Source: Phoronis australis (taxonomy: Eukaryota > Animalia > Phoronida). Taken from it: a stretch of 64,000 nucleotides of DNA. A model generated the notes under the pieces. That model was not told the DNA's origin, searched no databases, and saw only the letters and a list, made by a program, of their open reading frames with translations. Below are positions 37,381-51,200 of this stretch, one piece after another (the first letter of the stretch is position 1; every line of letters begins with the position of its first letter). The position numbers and the translations under genes were made by a program. The DNA lies in assembly GCA_002633005.1 (NCBI GenBank), contig NMRA01000100.1, positions 20,497 through 84,496 of the forward strand. The letters run 5' to 3'.

Positions 37381-40300
37381 TTAACTCTCAGGTCTACAAA
37401 TCCTTACCAATTATCATTTTGATCCATGGCATACATTTTACGTATTGAATCAAACCTTAATTTCAGTGAGCTCCAGTGACGAGAATGCCTTTTTCTAACA
37501 TTTTCTTATCTTAATTAAGCAAGCCTTTTTGTGATTGCCCAACAGCTGAAAAGGTGTGTCATTTGATGTAATTTACGAGTATTGTAATCCTGTTCAAGTA
37601 CAGTACTTAATTTTATGGTATTGCAACATGGGGGTATTCTGACATCAGTTTGTTTTTAACAGATTTGCATGAGATATGACTCTTTAAGTAAACAGCGGTT
37701 ACCAGTCACGGGTCATACCATTGTGAGCAAAGCAGACAGCTGTTAAGTTAGTATTACTTGCTGACATGAAGTTTGTTTGGAACCTCAATTGCAAGTTTAT
37801 TTGGTTTCCTAATTATTGCTGAAGATATGATACCAACCAGTGAAGGATTTCAAATTGATCTAACAGTGGGTGTGAACTTCACAAAGGTTCCTCTTGGTAT
37901 TGTGTGTGAGTACATTTTACTGTCTGGCGTGAGAAATGGTCTGAAGGATTAGACATTACTTTTGCATGCTTTTTGGAATATGTGAAAGTGAAACATTGGT
38001 GGCTGCTGAAGGTCCAATGAGTTACAGTGGATGTACTGCTTTTGTAATTCATTGCGAATATAGCATAAATACTATTTCAGCGCTTGATTTGGTGATGTGC
38101 AGGTTGCCAATGCGACCTCCGATTGTGTTTGGTGACCTGGGAAAATCTCAACAAGTCACCACGAAGTCTGCACTGCAAGTGTCAAAGTCGGACAACAATT
38201 ACCCCCTAAATTCCTTTCAAAGTCTGATGACTTCCAAACTAAATTACTAACAGTTTTCCTAGATTTATTACCTTTGGTTCACAATTGTTGCCTTTATTTC
38301 TTGAAATCAGTGGATTTGCCACCACAGCAGTCAGTACACATGGAATGCACGCTTACATTACAACAATATGTCAACGGACGGAAGTCGGAGTTGTTTGGCA
38401 AAAATCGGGCAAGATCAGTAAAACACGTAACTCCAGTGTATGTGTTCATGTGCGTTTGCTGTTGGGAAGAATTCAGTTTGAGAATGTAGAGAATGAATGT
38501 ACATTTACGGGGAGAAATTGAAGAGGTATGCGTAAGATTCTGAGAATTGAGTATGGAACATTTTCTACGGTGGATTTCATTGGGAACCTGGGATTTTCAG
38601 TTTTGGTGACCTCAGATTTCGTTTGGCGATTGGGTTTTTTGTCAAATTACCAAATGCGACTTGATTTTAAACTAAGCGTCGAGCGCTGTGTTTTTACAGT
38701 TGATTCTACATATGTAACAGGTATATACTTGATTCCATTTGTTTTTTATAAGTTGTTTATAAATTAGCTGCTGAATGGAGCCTGTTTATCTCACCTACAG
38801 GTAAATGAGGAGGTCAAACACAGGTCGGTCGGTTAGGTTGATAATTCAACCACTCTTGATTATATATGACTGGTAGTATGTCACAGAACTTTTAGGACAT
38901 TTCCTTCTTATTCGCTGCCTTAATTGTCATTATAAATGATTTAACTTAGTTGGATGTAAATATGTCACACAAGCATTTCACTCACAAACAGGTCATGCAA
39001 TGCATCAACATGTATACAAGATGAAAGTGACTATTCACCTGACTAGTCAGCCATATAGGTCAATTTTTGCTGTTCACCTGACAATCTTTTCAGCGATCTC
39101 ATTGCTCAATAGATGTGATATAACAACCTTGTTGGCCAAATGAGGCGATTTTTGTTATCTGACAAACAACTCGCATTACGTTTTAGCATCAGCAATACAA
39201 GTAAGTTAATTAGCAACATGCATTTTTGACATTGGCTCAAAGTGAGACCTGCAAGTAATCTTGAGCTTCAGGGAGACCGATCTGGACTGGTCATCAGTTT
39301 TAACTCTATGTTTTTGTATCCCCAGCCATCCTCATTGTTTGGATACGCCCAATTTTTCATTTATCCAAATCTATGCTCCTTTCACAAAAAGTTTTTGTGC
39401 TTCTAGCTTCAGTCCTCACATTGTTGTTGACTTAATGAGAGTCGCTTTGTTCGTCAGGTAGATAGCAAAAATCTAACGTTATATTAACCAATGGAATCGT
39501 TGAAAGTTTGTCGGGTAAATAGCAGATATCTGATTATTTGGCCGACAAGCTGTGAAGTTTCAAATATTTACCAATGAGATTGTTGAATGTTTTGTCAGTC
39601 AAATGGCAAAGATGCGTCTGGTAAATAGGGTCAGCCACCTGAGATAGTCAAAATCTATGACCACTTTTAAAATGGCTAGGCATCCCTTCCAAACATGGGT
39701 GACTTCAGATCATTTTCTTGTGCTCTCTCAATACCAGCTCATGGTTAGAACCAATTGCTGTCAGTAAGGAATTGTGTAGTCCAGTTTGTTATGAAGAATT
39801 ATCTCATTTCATGATATTTATATTTAGTCAAGAAGGAAATGCTTTAAATTGAATTAATTCTGGGCTCTGTTGTACATTCTCCTCACATCACAACGTTCAG
39901 CATAATGAATTGTGGATTACTTAATTGCAGGAAGTCTTGACTATATTTTGGAAGGCAGTATGTTGTTTTCTCCTTTTTTACTACGCATGTATCCTTATCA
40001 TGTTTGTTGCCAAGGTCAACATGTCTGGGCGCAATTAAGAGATTTAGTGATGCAACTGTATTGATCCAGTCGTCATAACTCGCTGATTAGGCGGATCTTG
40101 GGTAGACTGTAGTATTGAATGGTCAGCTATTTTGTACACAACATGGCGGACAGGTGGAAGTTCATTTTGACAAATTTCTCCTCAAAAATAACAATTAAAA
40201 AAATTTTAACTTGTTTTATATTGTTTCTAATCGTTCATTGGATAAGTTCCCGTCTGATGCAGTGTGATAATCAGCCTTTGAAAAATAGTAGGAATGATGA

Positions 40301-42184
40301 TTTTGGCAATGATTTTTGGTGAAATAAGTTAAGAATAACCATATGCAAATTGATGATTTTGTGGCAGCCCTTATTATAAAATTGTTTGGGTTGTAGAAAG
40401 TTACCATTTTTTGTTATACTTCCATCATAGCTACTTGCGTTTTGATGTATGGTTCAACTTACAGACTTCCTATGTACAATAGAGGAAGTGTCACGTCTGC
40501 TTTCCGTAGACCACGTTTTGTATGAGAAAAGTAAGATCTCGAGGGCTCACAAAATCAAACTAATAAAAGGCAAGCGTATAACAAGTGTACTCGGGAGCTT
40601 AACAGCCTATCCTAGCAAAGTGATAGATACTGAAATGATTGAGGAGAAAAATTCTTTAGACATAGGCGACAAAATCGTAACTTTGTTAACGTTTTCGACC
40701 TCCATGGTTCGGCGGTCATTAAACTCACTGCAGTGATTGGTCGGTGAGATTGGAGTATTGATTTGTGGGATTGATCTCGGTATTTCTGTTCCATAAACAA
40801 AGATTTGTCGCCATAAAGTTGATGTTTTGCGGTATACAAAACATGGCTGCATTTTGAGAACCAGTTCTCTCCGCTGAGTAACGGGCACATGATAGCTGAC
40901 TATTGCCCAGAATGCAACCCTCGAGTGGTGATTTTATTCTCTGACTGCATCTGTTCACTGGCATTTATGATTCTCTGTAGTGCTCCAGATATTGTCTACC
41001 TAAGGGCAGGCATTGGTATCTGAAATTCATAGTAAAATTAGAATATCTTAAATGTAATTGAAATTATGAACATATTAACTTAAGTCAGAAACATTTGAGT
41101 TATAACTTAATTAAAGCACAAATTTTGTCCCGTTCTCCTTATGTGTTGACTTACAAATGGAGTCAGTTTGAACTCTAACACTCTCAGTTTCAATACCACT
41201 ACTAGTCTACAAATGCCATGTTATCATTCACCATCAGGACCAGTATATCTGTTTTAACCATTTCCTGTTCTCCAGTTCTATCTAAGCATATTCCGTTACC
41301 AGCTACTGATACTTCCAGGGTTAACTTTGGTAGAATTAACTTCCATTTTATTTGACTTCACCTCTTCTGCAACCTAGCTGCATTGAGCAGTGTGTAGCTG
41401 AGAACTGCTGCACGTCATTTGTCCACTATGCTGCTGATCGCATTTACCACTGATGTACATGTACAATACCCTCAGTAAATTTGCGATTAGCCCTACACAA
41501 AGACGGCAAATTGCTGTCTTTGTGTTGTACTGTAAATCACTCTGGTCAGCATACGTTTCCGAACTCCAATTTGTCAGCGTCCCTGGTGGCGCCGACTTTC
41601 CTCTATTTTGAAAAGGACATCATTTTAGATATTTATTTTTATCAGGAGTTATCATTTCATTTTGTGCATTATTCCTGTGGAGGGATTAGAGATGTTTTGT
41701 CAAGTGGATTTTCTACTGCCAACTTGACAGTGTAGTTTGAATTTTTCCTCAGTTTGATTTGACGAAAAATGTTTCTGTTTGTAGCCTAAAAGCATGAGAT
41801 CTGCTGCTAAAGACACCATGTAGCGCTGGTAGTATTCAGGGCTGCATTTCATAACTTTGAGACACTTGTGGGGGGAAATCTACTTCTGTTAAGAACGGAA
41901 ACTGTGACTTTTATACAATAATTCAACAATCCCAATTCTCCAACCTATCTCTTCTGTGGGGACCTTTTTGATGCATATGGGGGTAAGGTCCTAAGATTTC
42001 TCGTGAACATACTCTTTTCTTTTGCGTGATCTTGCTTTTCTTGCTAGAAGTTTTCTCTTTGGAATGCACCCAAGTTTCCACCAATCTGCAGCTCAAGGAC
42101 ACGGTGTGTCGCCGGTGGTATTATTCAGCTGTTTGCACATTCACCCCATTGACCTCCAGTTACCTGTCTTCTGTACATTTTCAG

Positions 42185-42289
42185 GTAATCCACAGTGCTA
42201 AAGATTCACCACAATGGCCTCCAGTTCTGAGGACCTTCACACTTCAGGGGCATTTTCGACTGATGATGAAAATCTGGACGACACTCAAG
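42185..42289 (+). CDS. CRACD-like exon with start codon (ATG 42214)
   Basis: Acceptor ttttcag, encodes MASSSEDLHTSGAFSTDDENLDDTQ, donor GTAAAA. Confidence 0.7.
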
Positions 42290-45200
42290 GTAAAACTTCA
42301 CATGCTGTATGAAACAGCAAAAGAGATATAGTCAGACTCATTGCCACTCACTATATAAAATAAACCAGGGGTATTCTGTGAAGTTACACAGATGTAAAAT
42401 CAGACATTGATTCCAGAACATGAATATCCTTGGATAGGTAGACGTAACTTACCGTAATCGTTCGGGTTAACGCCCATGCTCAGTTAACCGCCCATCCCCG
42501 ACTTTCAGTGGATTTTCGATTTAACCGCCCACTGCTCGGTTAACCGCCCCCATGCGATTTTTGAAGATTTCAAGTTAAGCGCCCACCTCTCGGTTAAGCG
42601 CCCATCCCCGACTTTTAAAGAATGAAGATTTAGCGCCTAGTGCTAAGGAAACGCGCGATTCCCCGACTTTTAGAAAAAGATCGATGATCACAATGAGTGC
42701 AACGACGCCGGGACTCCGAGACGGTGGTTTAGCAATCTGAATTACAATACAGGTAACGAGTTATTGTCTTGGGTCATGAACTCACTTCAAAATATAATAC
42801 TTGAATCTTTTTGTCACTTTATTTTCTTCCCTTGTTTGCAAAGTTTAAGAACGCCGCCGGCGTCAAAACCTCCGCTTTCAGCGACTTTGTCTGCCGCGCT
42901 GAGTTTCCGTCTGCAGTGCACTAGATAAAACATATATTNNNNNNNNNNNNNNNNNNNNNNNNNNNNNNNNNNNNNNNNNNNNNNNNNNNNNNNNNNNNNN
43001 NNNNNNNNNNNNNNNNNNNNNNNNNNNNNNNNNNNNNNNNNNNNNNNNNNNNNNNNNNNNNNNNNNNNNNNNNNNNNNNNNNNNNNNNNNNNNNNNNNNN
43101 NNNNNNNNNNNNNNNNNNNNNNNNNNNNNNNNNNNNNNNNNNNNNNNNNNNNNNNNNNNNNNNNNNNNNNNNNNNNNNNNNNNNNNNNNNNNNNNNNNNN
43201 NNNNNNNNNNNNNNNNNNNNNNNNNNNNNNNNNNNNNNNNNNNNNNNNNNNNNNNNNNNNNNNNNNNNNNNNNNNNNNNNNNNNNNNNNNNNNNNNNNNN
43301 NNNNNNNNNNNNNNNNNNNNNNNNNNNNNNNNNNNNNNNNNNNNNNNNNNNNNNNNNNNNNNNNNNNNNNNNNNNNNNNNNNNNNNNNNNNNNNNNNNNN
43401 NNNNNNNNNNNNNNNNNNNNNNNNNNNNNNNNNNNNNNNNNNNNNNNNNNNNNNNNNNNNNNNNNNNNNNNNNNNNNNNNNNNNNNNNNNNNNNNNNNNN
43501 NNNNNNNNNNNNNNNNNNNNNNNNNNNNNNNNNNNNNNNNNNNNNNNNNNNNNNNNNNNNNNNNNNNNNNNNNNNNNNNNNNNNNNNNNNNNNNNNNNNN
43601 NNNNNNNNNNNNNNNNNNNNNNNNNNNNNNNNNNNNNNNNNNNNNNNNNNNNNNNNNNNNNNNNNNNNNNNNNNNNNNNNNNNNNNNNNNNNNNNNNNNN
43701 NNNNNNNNNNNNNNNNNNNNNNNNNNNNNNNNNNNNNNNNNNNNNNNNNNNNNNNNNNNNNNNNNNNNNNNNNNNNNNNNNNNNNNNNNNNNNNNNNNNN
43801 NNNNNNNNNNNNNNNNNNNNNNNNNNNNNNNNNNNNNNNNNNNNNNNNNNNNNNNNNNNNNNNNNNNNNNNNNNNNNNNNNNNNNNNNNNNNNNNNNNNN
43901 NNNNNNNNNNNNNNNNGCGACGTGACGATAAAGCTCTTTGAAAAGGGCTATGCGTTCCGAGTATGATTGTCGTGTCGGGATTTAGATCGCCAGGTAAGAT
44001 TAACCGCCCAGGGCGGTTGTCTGTCGTAATAAGCGCCCATGTTCGGTTAACCGCCCATCCCCTACTTTAGGTAGATTTTCGATTTAACCGCCCACTGCTC
44101 GGTTAACCGCCCTCCCCCGATTTTTTGGGTTCGCCAATTTAACCGCCCAGGGCGTTAACCCGAACGATTACGGTAATACCCATTTTGTTTGGGTATTCCT
44201 CTTGGCATAGAGTTAATGTATTTGTCTGGTAGTCCCTGAAGTGACCAGAATTGTATACAAACCATGAATCATTTACATATATGGTATATATATTATATAT
44301 ATTCTCTGGTGTGGATCTTAATATAAAATGTTCTAATTCCTGTTGTAAAGAAAACTGCGCTCTCGTATCACAAATCTGTATACGTAATAATATTCTACCA
44401 ATTCAGGATGCGATATGGCAGACAAGTAAGATTCTATTTTTCATGAAAAACACGTAGAACCAAATAAATGCTGTATCAGTTTTAATCTCTGCGTGATAGC
44501 TGCCGCCAGGCAATATTTAAGACATTGAGGGCATTCAAAACAATGCCTTTACAAAACGATCAGTTCTGACAATAATTTTTGTTCAGTGAGAATTAACCGT
44601 AGCAAGTGTCACGATTTCAAGCAACAATTGCAAGAACTGTAAAGTTACCTAAAATTTAATGAAAAATAATAATTTTTCCGAACTTTCAAAAGGCTTTACT
44701 GTATTAAAAATGCTTGAATTTCATCATGTTTATTTATGACGATTGCGCAATAAATGATGAAGTAATAAAAGATGCCATCACATTATTTTTCATTATTCCG
44801 CCATGTTGTGTTCTAAACTGAAAAAAAATCATCGCAGCCAGTGTCTGGTGCCAAAGCTGTTGGTGTAAATACCTTGGGCAAAATTCAGGTTTGTGGTTGT
44901 TTTTTTAACGAGAGGGCTGACACCAGTTTATTTGAGGCAGTGTTTATCATGTAACTTTAATCAATCAAGGTAATCAGGGAGGTGGTGGCAAAGGTGAGTT
45001 ACCACTTAGTTTTAAAACTAGGCTTGATGTAACAACTTAGAAAACTGAGATGTCACCGTAAACTTTTATATCAAATAAAATTTGATCACGTTGTTGTTAC
45101 CATTTTTTTGCTGTGGATGTGCCTTTCTTTTTTCACTGAATTTTACTGAAAGACATGGCAGATTGGTATTAAGTCAAAAATCGAATTCTATAGACTCTAC

Positions 45201-48200
45201 TTTCAGAAATTCATACTTTTACTAAGTTTACAATCTCCAGTTTTATAGATATTTGGCTGTCAAATGCACGGACTTGTTGCTAAGTTAGCGAGGCACTGAT
45301 TTCATAGGCAGACCAGAACTAAATGTACTTTTCGTTCCCTTTAAGTAACTGGAATAAGTTAATGAGTATTGCATGTGTAGACTATTTGCAAAGTATTTCT
45401 GTAATACATGTAACATAACCCTTCCGAATGGGTCATTTTGATAAATGTAAGCCCTTGGCAAAGATTATTTGAGTGTAGTTTTTGAATGTGTAAGATTGCG
45501 AAGCAATATGTTTAGAAAGGTAGCAAGGAAGTAGCCAATCTGTAAGCTAAAATTTGAGAAAGATTTTTATTTTAACGCAACACCTGAAGGAAAATTTGAA
45601 GTTTGCATTAAAAATATCAATTTTTTAATCAAATTTTGTTTCTTAGTGTTTCTGTCTTCAAAAAACAAGAAACATTTTGAAATTTGGAAATAAAAATGTG
45701 TAGTTTCATTTGGAAATATCCATTGTATTAGCTATTACTTTTTAAGTCCGTCATCACAAACATCGTATACCCGGAAAAAATCGCCCCTTGCACATATTTG
45801 GGGAATATGCAGTTTCACAGAATTTCAAAATTGTAACCATACCAAAGTTTCAATCTTTTAATTTAAACCTAATACTATTCAATCTGAAAAATTGTTTGAG
45901 TTTTCGCATTATACTTTGCATGTGATCAAGGTTGGCCAATCACAGCCTTGTCTTAGATTTGTACTAAATCGATGATGTGTACTGACACCTTGTAAACCTC
46001 AAACCTTGGACTTGTTGGTTTCACATGGCTTTAATACTCTGTTTGATAATATATGGCAAAGGTCACAATTCTACATCCCAGACTTCCTCAAACACTGGAC
46101 AAGACTATATGTAAACAGTTTACTGACCACGCACTCTGTCAGATAATGTTGTACAACAACATTGGCATGCAGTTGCTTGCTGTGCACCTAGTGCCACAGT
46201 GTGAGCCTGTGACCATCGTCTTCCAGGAAGTTTAAGTGGCCTGTTTGTAGATTTAGCTGTGCTTATTTGAAGATGTATTGGTTTAACTGTGGAGTGGGTC
46301 CAGTTTTAAGCATTTCAAGTGTGTGTGGCCAAGTGGTGGTGTAAAGCAAATGAATGGTTGGGAATTATGCAGATTCCCTCTGTGTTTATCATGGTATTAA
46401 TCGATTAATGACAGATAGTGAACATGTTTTGATATCAGATGTCCCTTAAAGATGGCTGGACTGGGGCAGTGAGGAAATGAACCAACTGTTGGCAAAAATG
46501 ACCTCTTCACGGACAGCTTGTCTGTTTGGCAAGAAAGTTAGTGTTTTTGCTAGCATTGTCTCCACTCATGTGAATCTATCTCATTTGTAACCATGTGATA
46601 AGAGATTACAGTTAACATTTGAGAATAAACATTACAACTCCTTGGTATGGTTACACTGTCATTAGGGTGATATGAATATTTTACAATTTTTGTTGCTCAG
46701 TGCTCGGTATCAAATGACTCGCATGATTCATCGTAAATTTTCTATGACACCGTATTTCACCCCACATTTGGGAGCACTAGGTACTAGAAAACATACTCAC
46801 CAATTTTTATTTAGTTTTTGTATGTTGAAATCTCCGGCCAAAGTGGTCAAAACTGAGGCAAACACAACAAATAGTTGCTAACTCAGGAATGAAATATTAA
46901 AATTTAATAAAAAATTTATGCTTTCCGTCAAAAAAAGAAGTTTTAATTAAGGCCAATTTGCATTATGAAATTGGTCTCGAATTTTTCCTTAGTCAAAGCG
47001 AGTGTGGTTTCTTGGCTTGTGAAGAACTACGAGTTTGATACTTATTCAGGCCAAGCTCATAGAATTCCAGCAGGTGTAATCTGATAATTTATGAGCTTTG
47101 TCTGGAAAAGTAATGAACTTTAAGTTCTTGGAAGCCCTGAGATCACTCTTGAGAACCAGTTTTATGCACCAGATAATGGGCATCAAACTGGTTCTCAAAG
47201 TACAGGCATGTAATATGCGACTATTGCCTTAAACTAGGTATGGAACAAGACACAAACAATTTTATAAGAGACAATGGTTTAAATCAATACCCGTTTTTTA
47301 CAGAATGCATGGTTTTATGACACTTTACGTTTATTGTGCTATTCTTGAAATAGCAAAGCTTTTGAACTGGTTTGGTTTTTGTTATAAACCCAACACTTGT
47401 TTTAGCTGTCAATGGGAAAACGGTTTCAAAAAACTGCATTAAGGGTAAGAAATCTACTTTCTTAATTTCGTGTTTTTTTTCTTTTGCGGTATTCTGCAAG
47501 GCAACATTTGTGTGAAGGGATGTGTTGGTTATATTCGTTTTTGCCAGTGTTTTCATCTGGTGATCTTGTGTTAGTATCTTCTATCATAAGTTTGTTTACT
47601 GTTTTTGAAGTGTGAGAAAGTCAACAAATTTTTGCAATCCCTTATCACCCCAGTCTCTGGTTTGTTGCTCATTACTTAGCTATAGTTTATTGGTTTATCC
47701 TGTGTGGAATTATCTTGCCTCCACATCCCTGGCGCAGGAACATCAGTAGACAATCAGGATGAAACATGGTTTGTAGTAAAAGTTACCAAATTTTGAATAA
47801 TCCTGAACTTTAAATGCTGTGCTCCTTTGGAATTAGGAGGTTTTCTGAATTGTTGCACATGTCTACTTTATAATCTGTTTCGTTTTTGTACCAAGTGTTT
47901 GTGCAATAAGACTAATGTCTTGTGAGTTTAATGAGATCAAGGCAATCTTTGTGTTTTGTGTTATGTCGGAGGAACATGTGATCACATTCGCTTTCACTCA
48001 CGATTGAACGCACGCCATATTCTGTCCATTTTCTTGAAACTGGTGTTGGCATTAAGGAAAAAGAAGTACTGTTGTTAAATGACCCCGACCCCCTCGCGTG
48101 TCTCATCTTTGCTCTCCTCATTAATGGTTTGCTATTTTTAGAATCTTAAAATGTTAAATATTGGTGATTTGTTAACTATAAATGTTTACATGGCAGTGGT

Positions 48201-51200
48201 GATCAAGTCAGCTTTTAGAATGAGTAACACATGCCTTATTGGTTATGGCATTGTGGAGGATCAAATTGATCCCTCTTGGACGAGAACAGTGATTTCACCT
48301 TTGTATGAATTATTTCGGTCTTTGTATTGTAGAGGTGAAAGGAAAGAAGAAACGTTTCAAGCCAATGAAAGCTCTAAAGAGTCTGTTCTCGAGCAAGAAA
48401 CGAAAACGCGATAAAGAAGGTGTGTCTAAGGCCAAGTCAACTAGTGAACTCGCACACTCTTCCGAGCCGTATGTATTCTCTATGTGCCTTCATTCCAATT
48501 CTGTTGCTTGTTTTGTATAGTTGCATCATCTAAATTTGATGTCAAGTACGATAAAACTCTAATATGGTACACAATATTGCCATGCTTCATATGCAGCACC
48601 AAATATTAGTTTTTTAAGATTTTACATTATAATACTGATGTCTTTTTTCATATTGTGCCTAAAAACATTTAAGCTGAACTATAAACCTTTCCGCTGTCTG
48701 TAAATAGTTTTGAGGAAGCCGACTTACCTTTGTAGAATTGGTCTCAAGGATCTTAGGAGGAACTGACTGCGTCTAATTTCTTGAGCTTAGTCTAAGTGCG
48801 TTGGCTCGAGTTGGCAATGTCATGTTATTTTATGAGGCGAGTATAATCTCGAGTAACAACGAAATGCCATTTTTATGCGCCCACATATGTGGTCGCATAT
48901 TTTCGTCACTTTGTCCGGGCGTCCAGTTGTCCATCTGTCCAGTTGTCAGATTGTATGCCAAATATCTAAAAAAACCCGTGGTCGGATTTAAGCAAAAGTT
49001 GACACAAAGGTGTAGGGCATCATTAGAATGGTTTCTGCCACTTTTCAACATACCCCGCCCCCTGGGATCAGAGGGGCATGGCTTTTTTATATTTTCTGAA
49101 ACCCTGACTTCTAATGTGGCTATAAAACTGTCTTTATCACTGATCAAACTTTTTGTGTAGACCATGTACTGCTTCGAAATTTGTCTTAAATTGTTCTCTA
49201 ATCAAAATACATGTGGTCTCTGGATTTAGAAAGAACTGACAGTTCATGATTACTTTAGACCGGGCTCTATAAGTTGACTTGTCACGGTCTCATTTTATTT
49301 TCTGAGCATAATCTCAAACAATGACAAACTTTTGGTTCTTTTTATGAGCAAAAATCACATCTCATCTGAGTGAGAGACAAGTTGAGACCAATTTTATACG
49401 GGTATGTGGTCTAAATCAAAAGTTAATTTCTTTGACAAAACGCGGGTATATAGCCGTTTTAAGATAGGTTTGTGGCCGCTTTAAGTTTTTGTGTAATTTT
49501 TTTTCGTTACTGTCCATCCTCAACTATCAGGAGACGCAAGTATTGACGCGTCATTGCCCCTTTTGACAGTAGGTAAGCTTTCATCTTTTCACACCCGCCT
49601 CTAGTGCCTGGGAAGATGTCTGCCAGTTTTGCCCAACTTGCGCATCATAGTCAAATAAAACCTTGTTGTTGTAGAGGCTTTCAAAAAAAAAAAAAAACAA
49701 CTGACATTGGTTTGAATGGAAAAGATGGCAGTGTTTTCTGAACACTGAAAGTATTTTCTGTATTTGGGAGTTTCTGACGAAGTAACTAAAATAACTCGTG
49801 ATCAATGTAATTTAAGGCCATCTACAGGTTAACATGCCTGATTTCATCTCTCTTCTCATTGGTCAATTCGTTTTGTGCAATAACTCATGTTTTCAGTCTC
49901 TACGTGAGAAGAAAAATGGCATTCCCTGGAGTTGCTTATGTTTGTATCCTAACCAATAACACAACTGAGTCGATCACAGCTGTGTACTCGCTTCATTTGC
50001 CTTGCAGAACGACCAGCTCTAGTCCGCTCAATGGCAACAGGTGTCTCTCTGAGGACAGCGTGTTCTCGCCTGATGCAAGCCGCGACAGTATGCCACAAAA
50101 GAAGTCGGTCTCTCTAGAAGTTCTCTCTACCAACGCAGGCATGAAGGTTTGTTCATCTATACAAGATCTATTACAATAGTAAACACCTCCAGTTGATTTG
50201 AGGCAATCAGTGTAGCCTTTAAGTCGTTTGTGATCATGAAGGAATTTTCTGTATCACAAGAAGAAGGTCAACTTCAATCTAATCATTGCCCTTAAAACCA
50301 CTCAGTCAGAACGCCATCTGCCATATGTTAATATTCCTCCAGATGACAGCCAATGAGATCATCGTTGTGTTTTGTGTACCTGTGGTGGTAGTAGCTGTTG
50401 CAATATGAATGGCATGGAGTATGTGTCGGTCAAGTTACAAAATGTAAATGTTTCAGTCCAAGTGGCGTTGAGGGTTTGCTGCTGCTCATGATTTGTGTTT
50501 CCATAGCGAACAGGGCTTGTAATTTTCCTCTTTTAAGAGGATTTGCTCTTTTTTGGCTTCAATTTCCTCTTAGTTGATTTCCTGTTTCCCCCCTTTTCGA
50601 TCTCTTTTTTATCATTATTTTAAGTTTATTCATGAAAAAAAGTTTATTTCATTCGAAGTTTGAAACACAAAGAATATTTCTTTCACACAAGCCTATTTGT
50701 GGAACGATTCATTACCAGGAAAACTTTGTCCTCTTTTTTGTTATTGGTCATTCCAAGCCCTAACCTAAGTAATTGTCTGAGTTCATGTTGTATCGTTATG
50801 TAAGTCTCTTCCTGCATTTGACCATGCTATGTCCTTGTCACGCCAATCTTGCTCTGTGGACGAGCGGAACTTAGCAACTTTGGCCAGGAAATGGTCGGAA
50901 TGTGACACTATCCTTGGGCTTCACACTCACGTTGTGGTAACAGTCGGATATAACGCTCCGCATTTTGAGAACCAGTTTCTCCACTGTAAAATGGATGTCA
51001 AACTGGTCCTCAAAATGTGGGGATATTCGACCATTGCCCAGATTTTACCATGCGCAGTTTTTCTTAATATGTTTTATTTCTTGAAATATTAGCTCACCCC
51101 CAGAAATTGCTTTCGCATTATATATCCAGGTTCTCATTCACTTTCTGGCACACAGTCACCAGTAAGACTGTGCACAGGCAGTTCACACTCAGTTTTCCAG

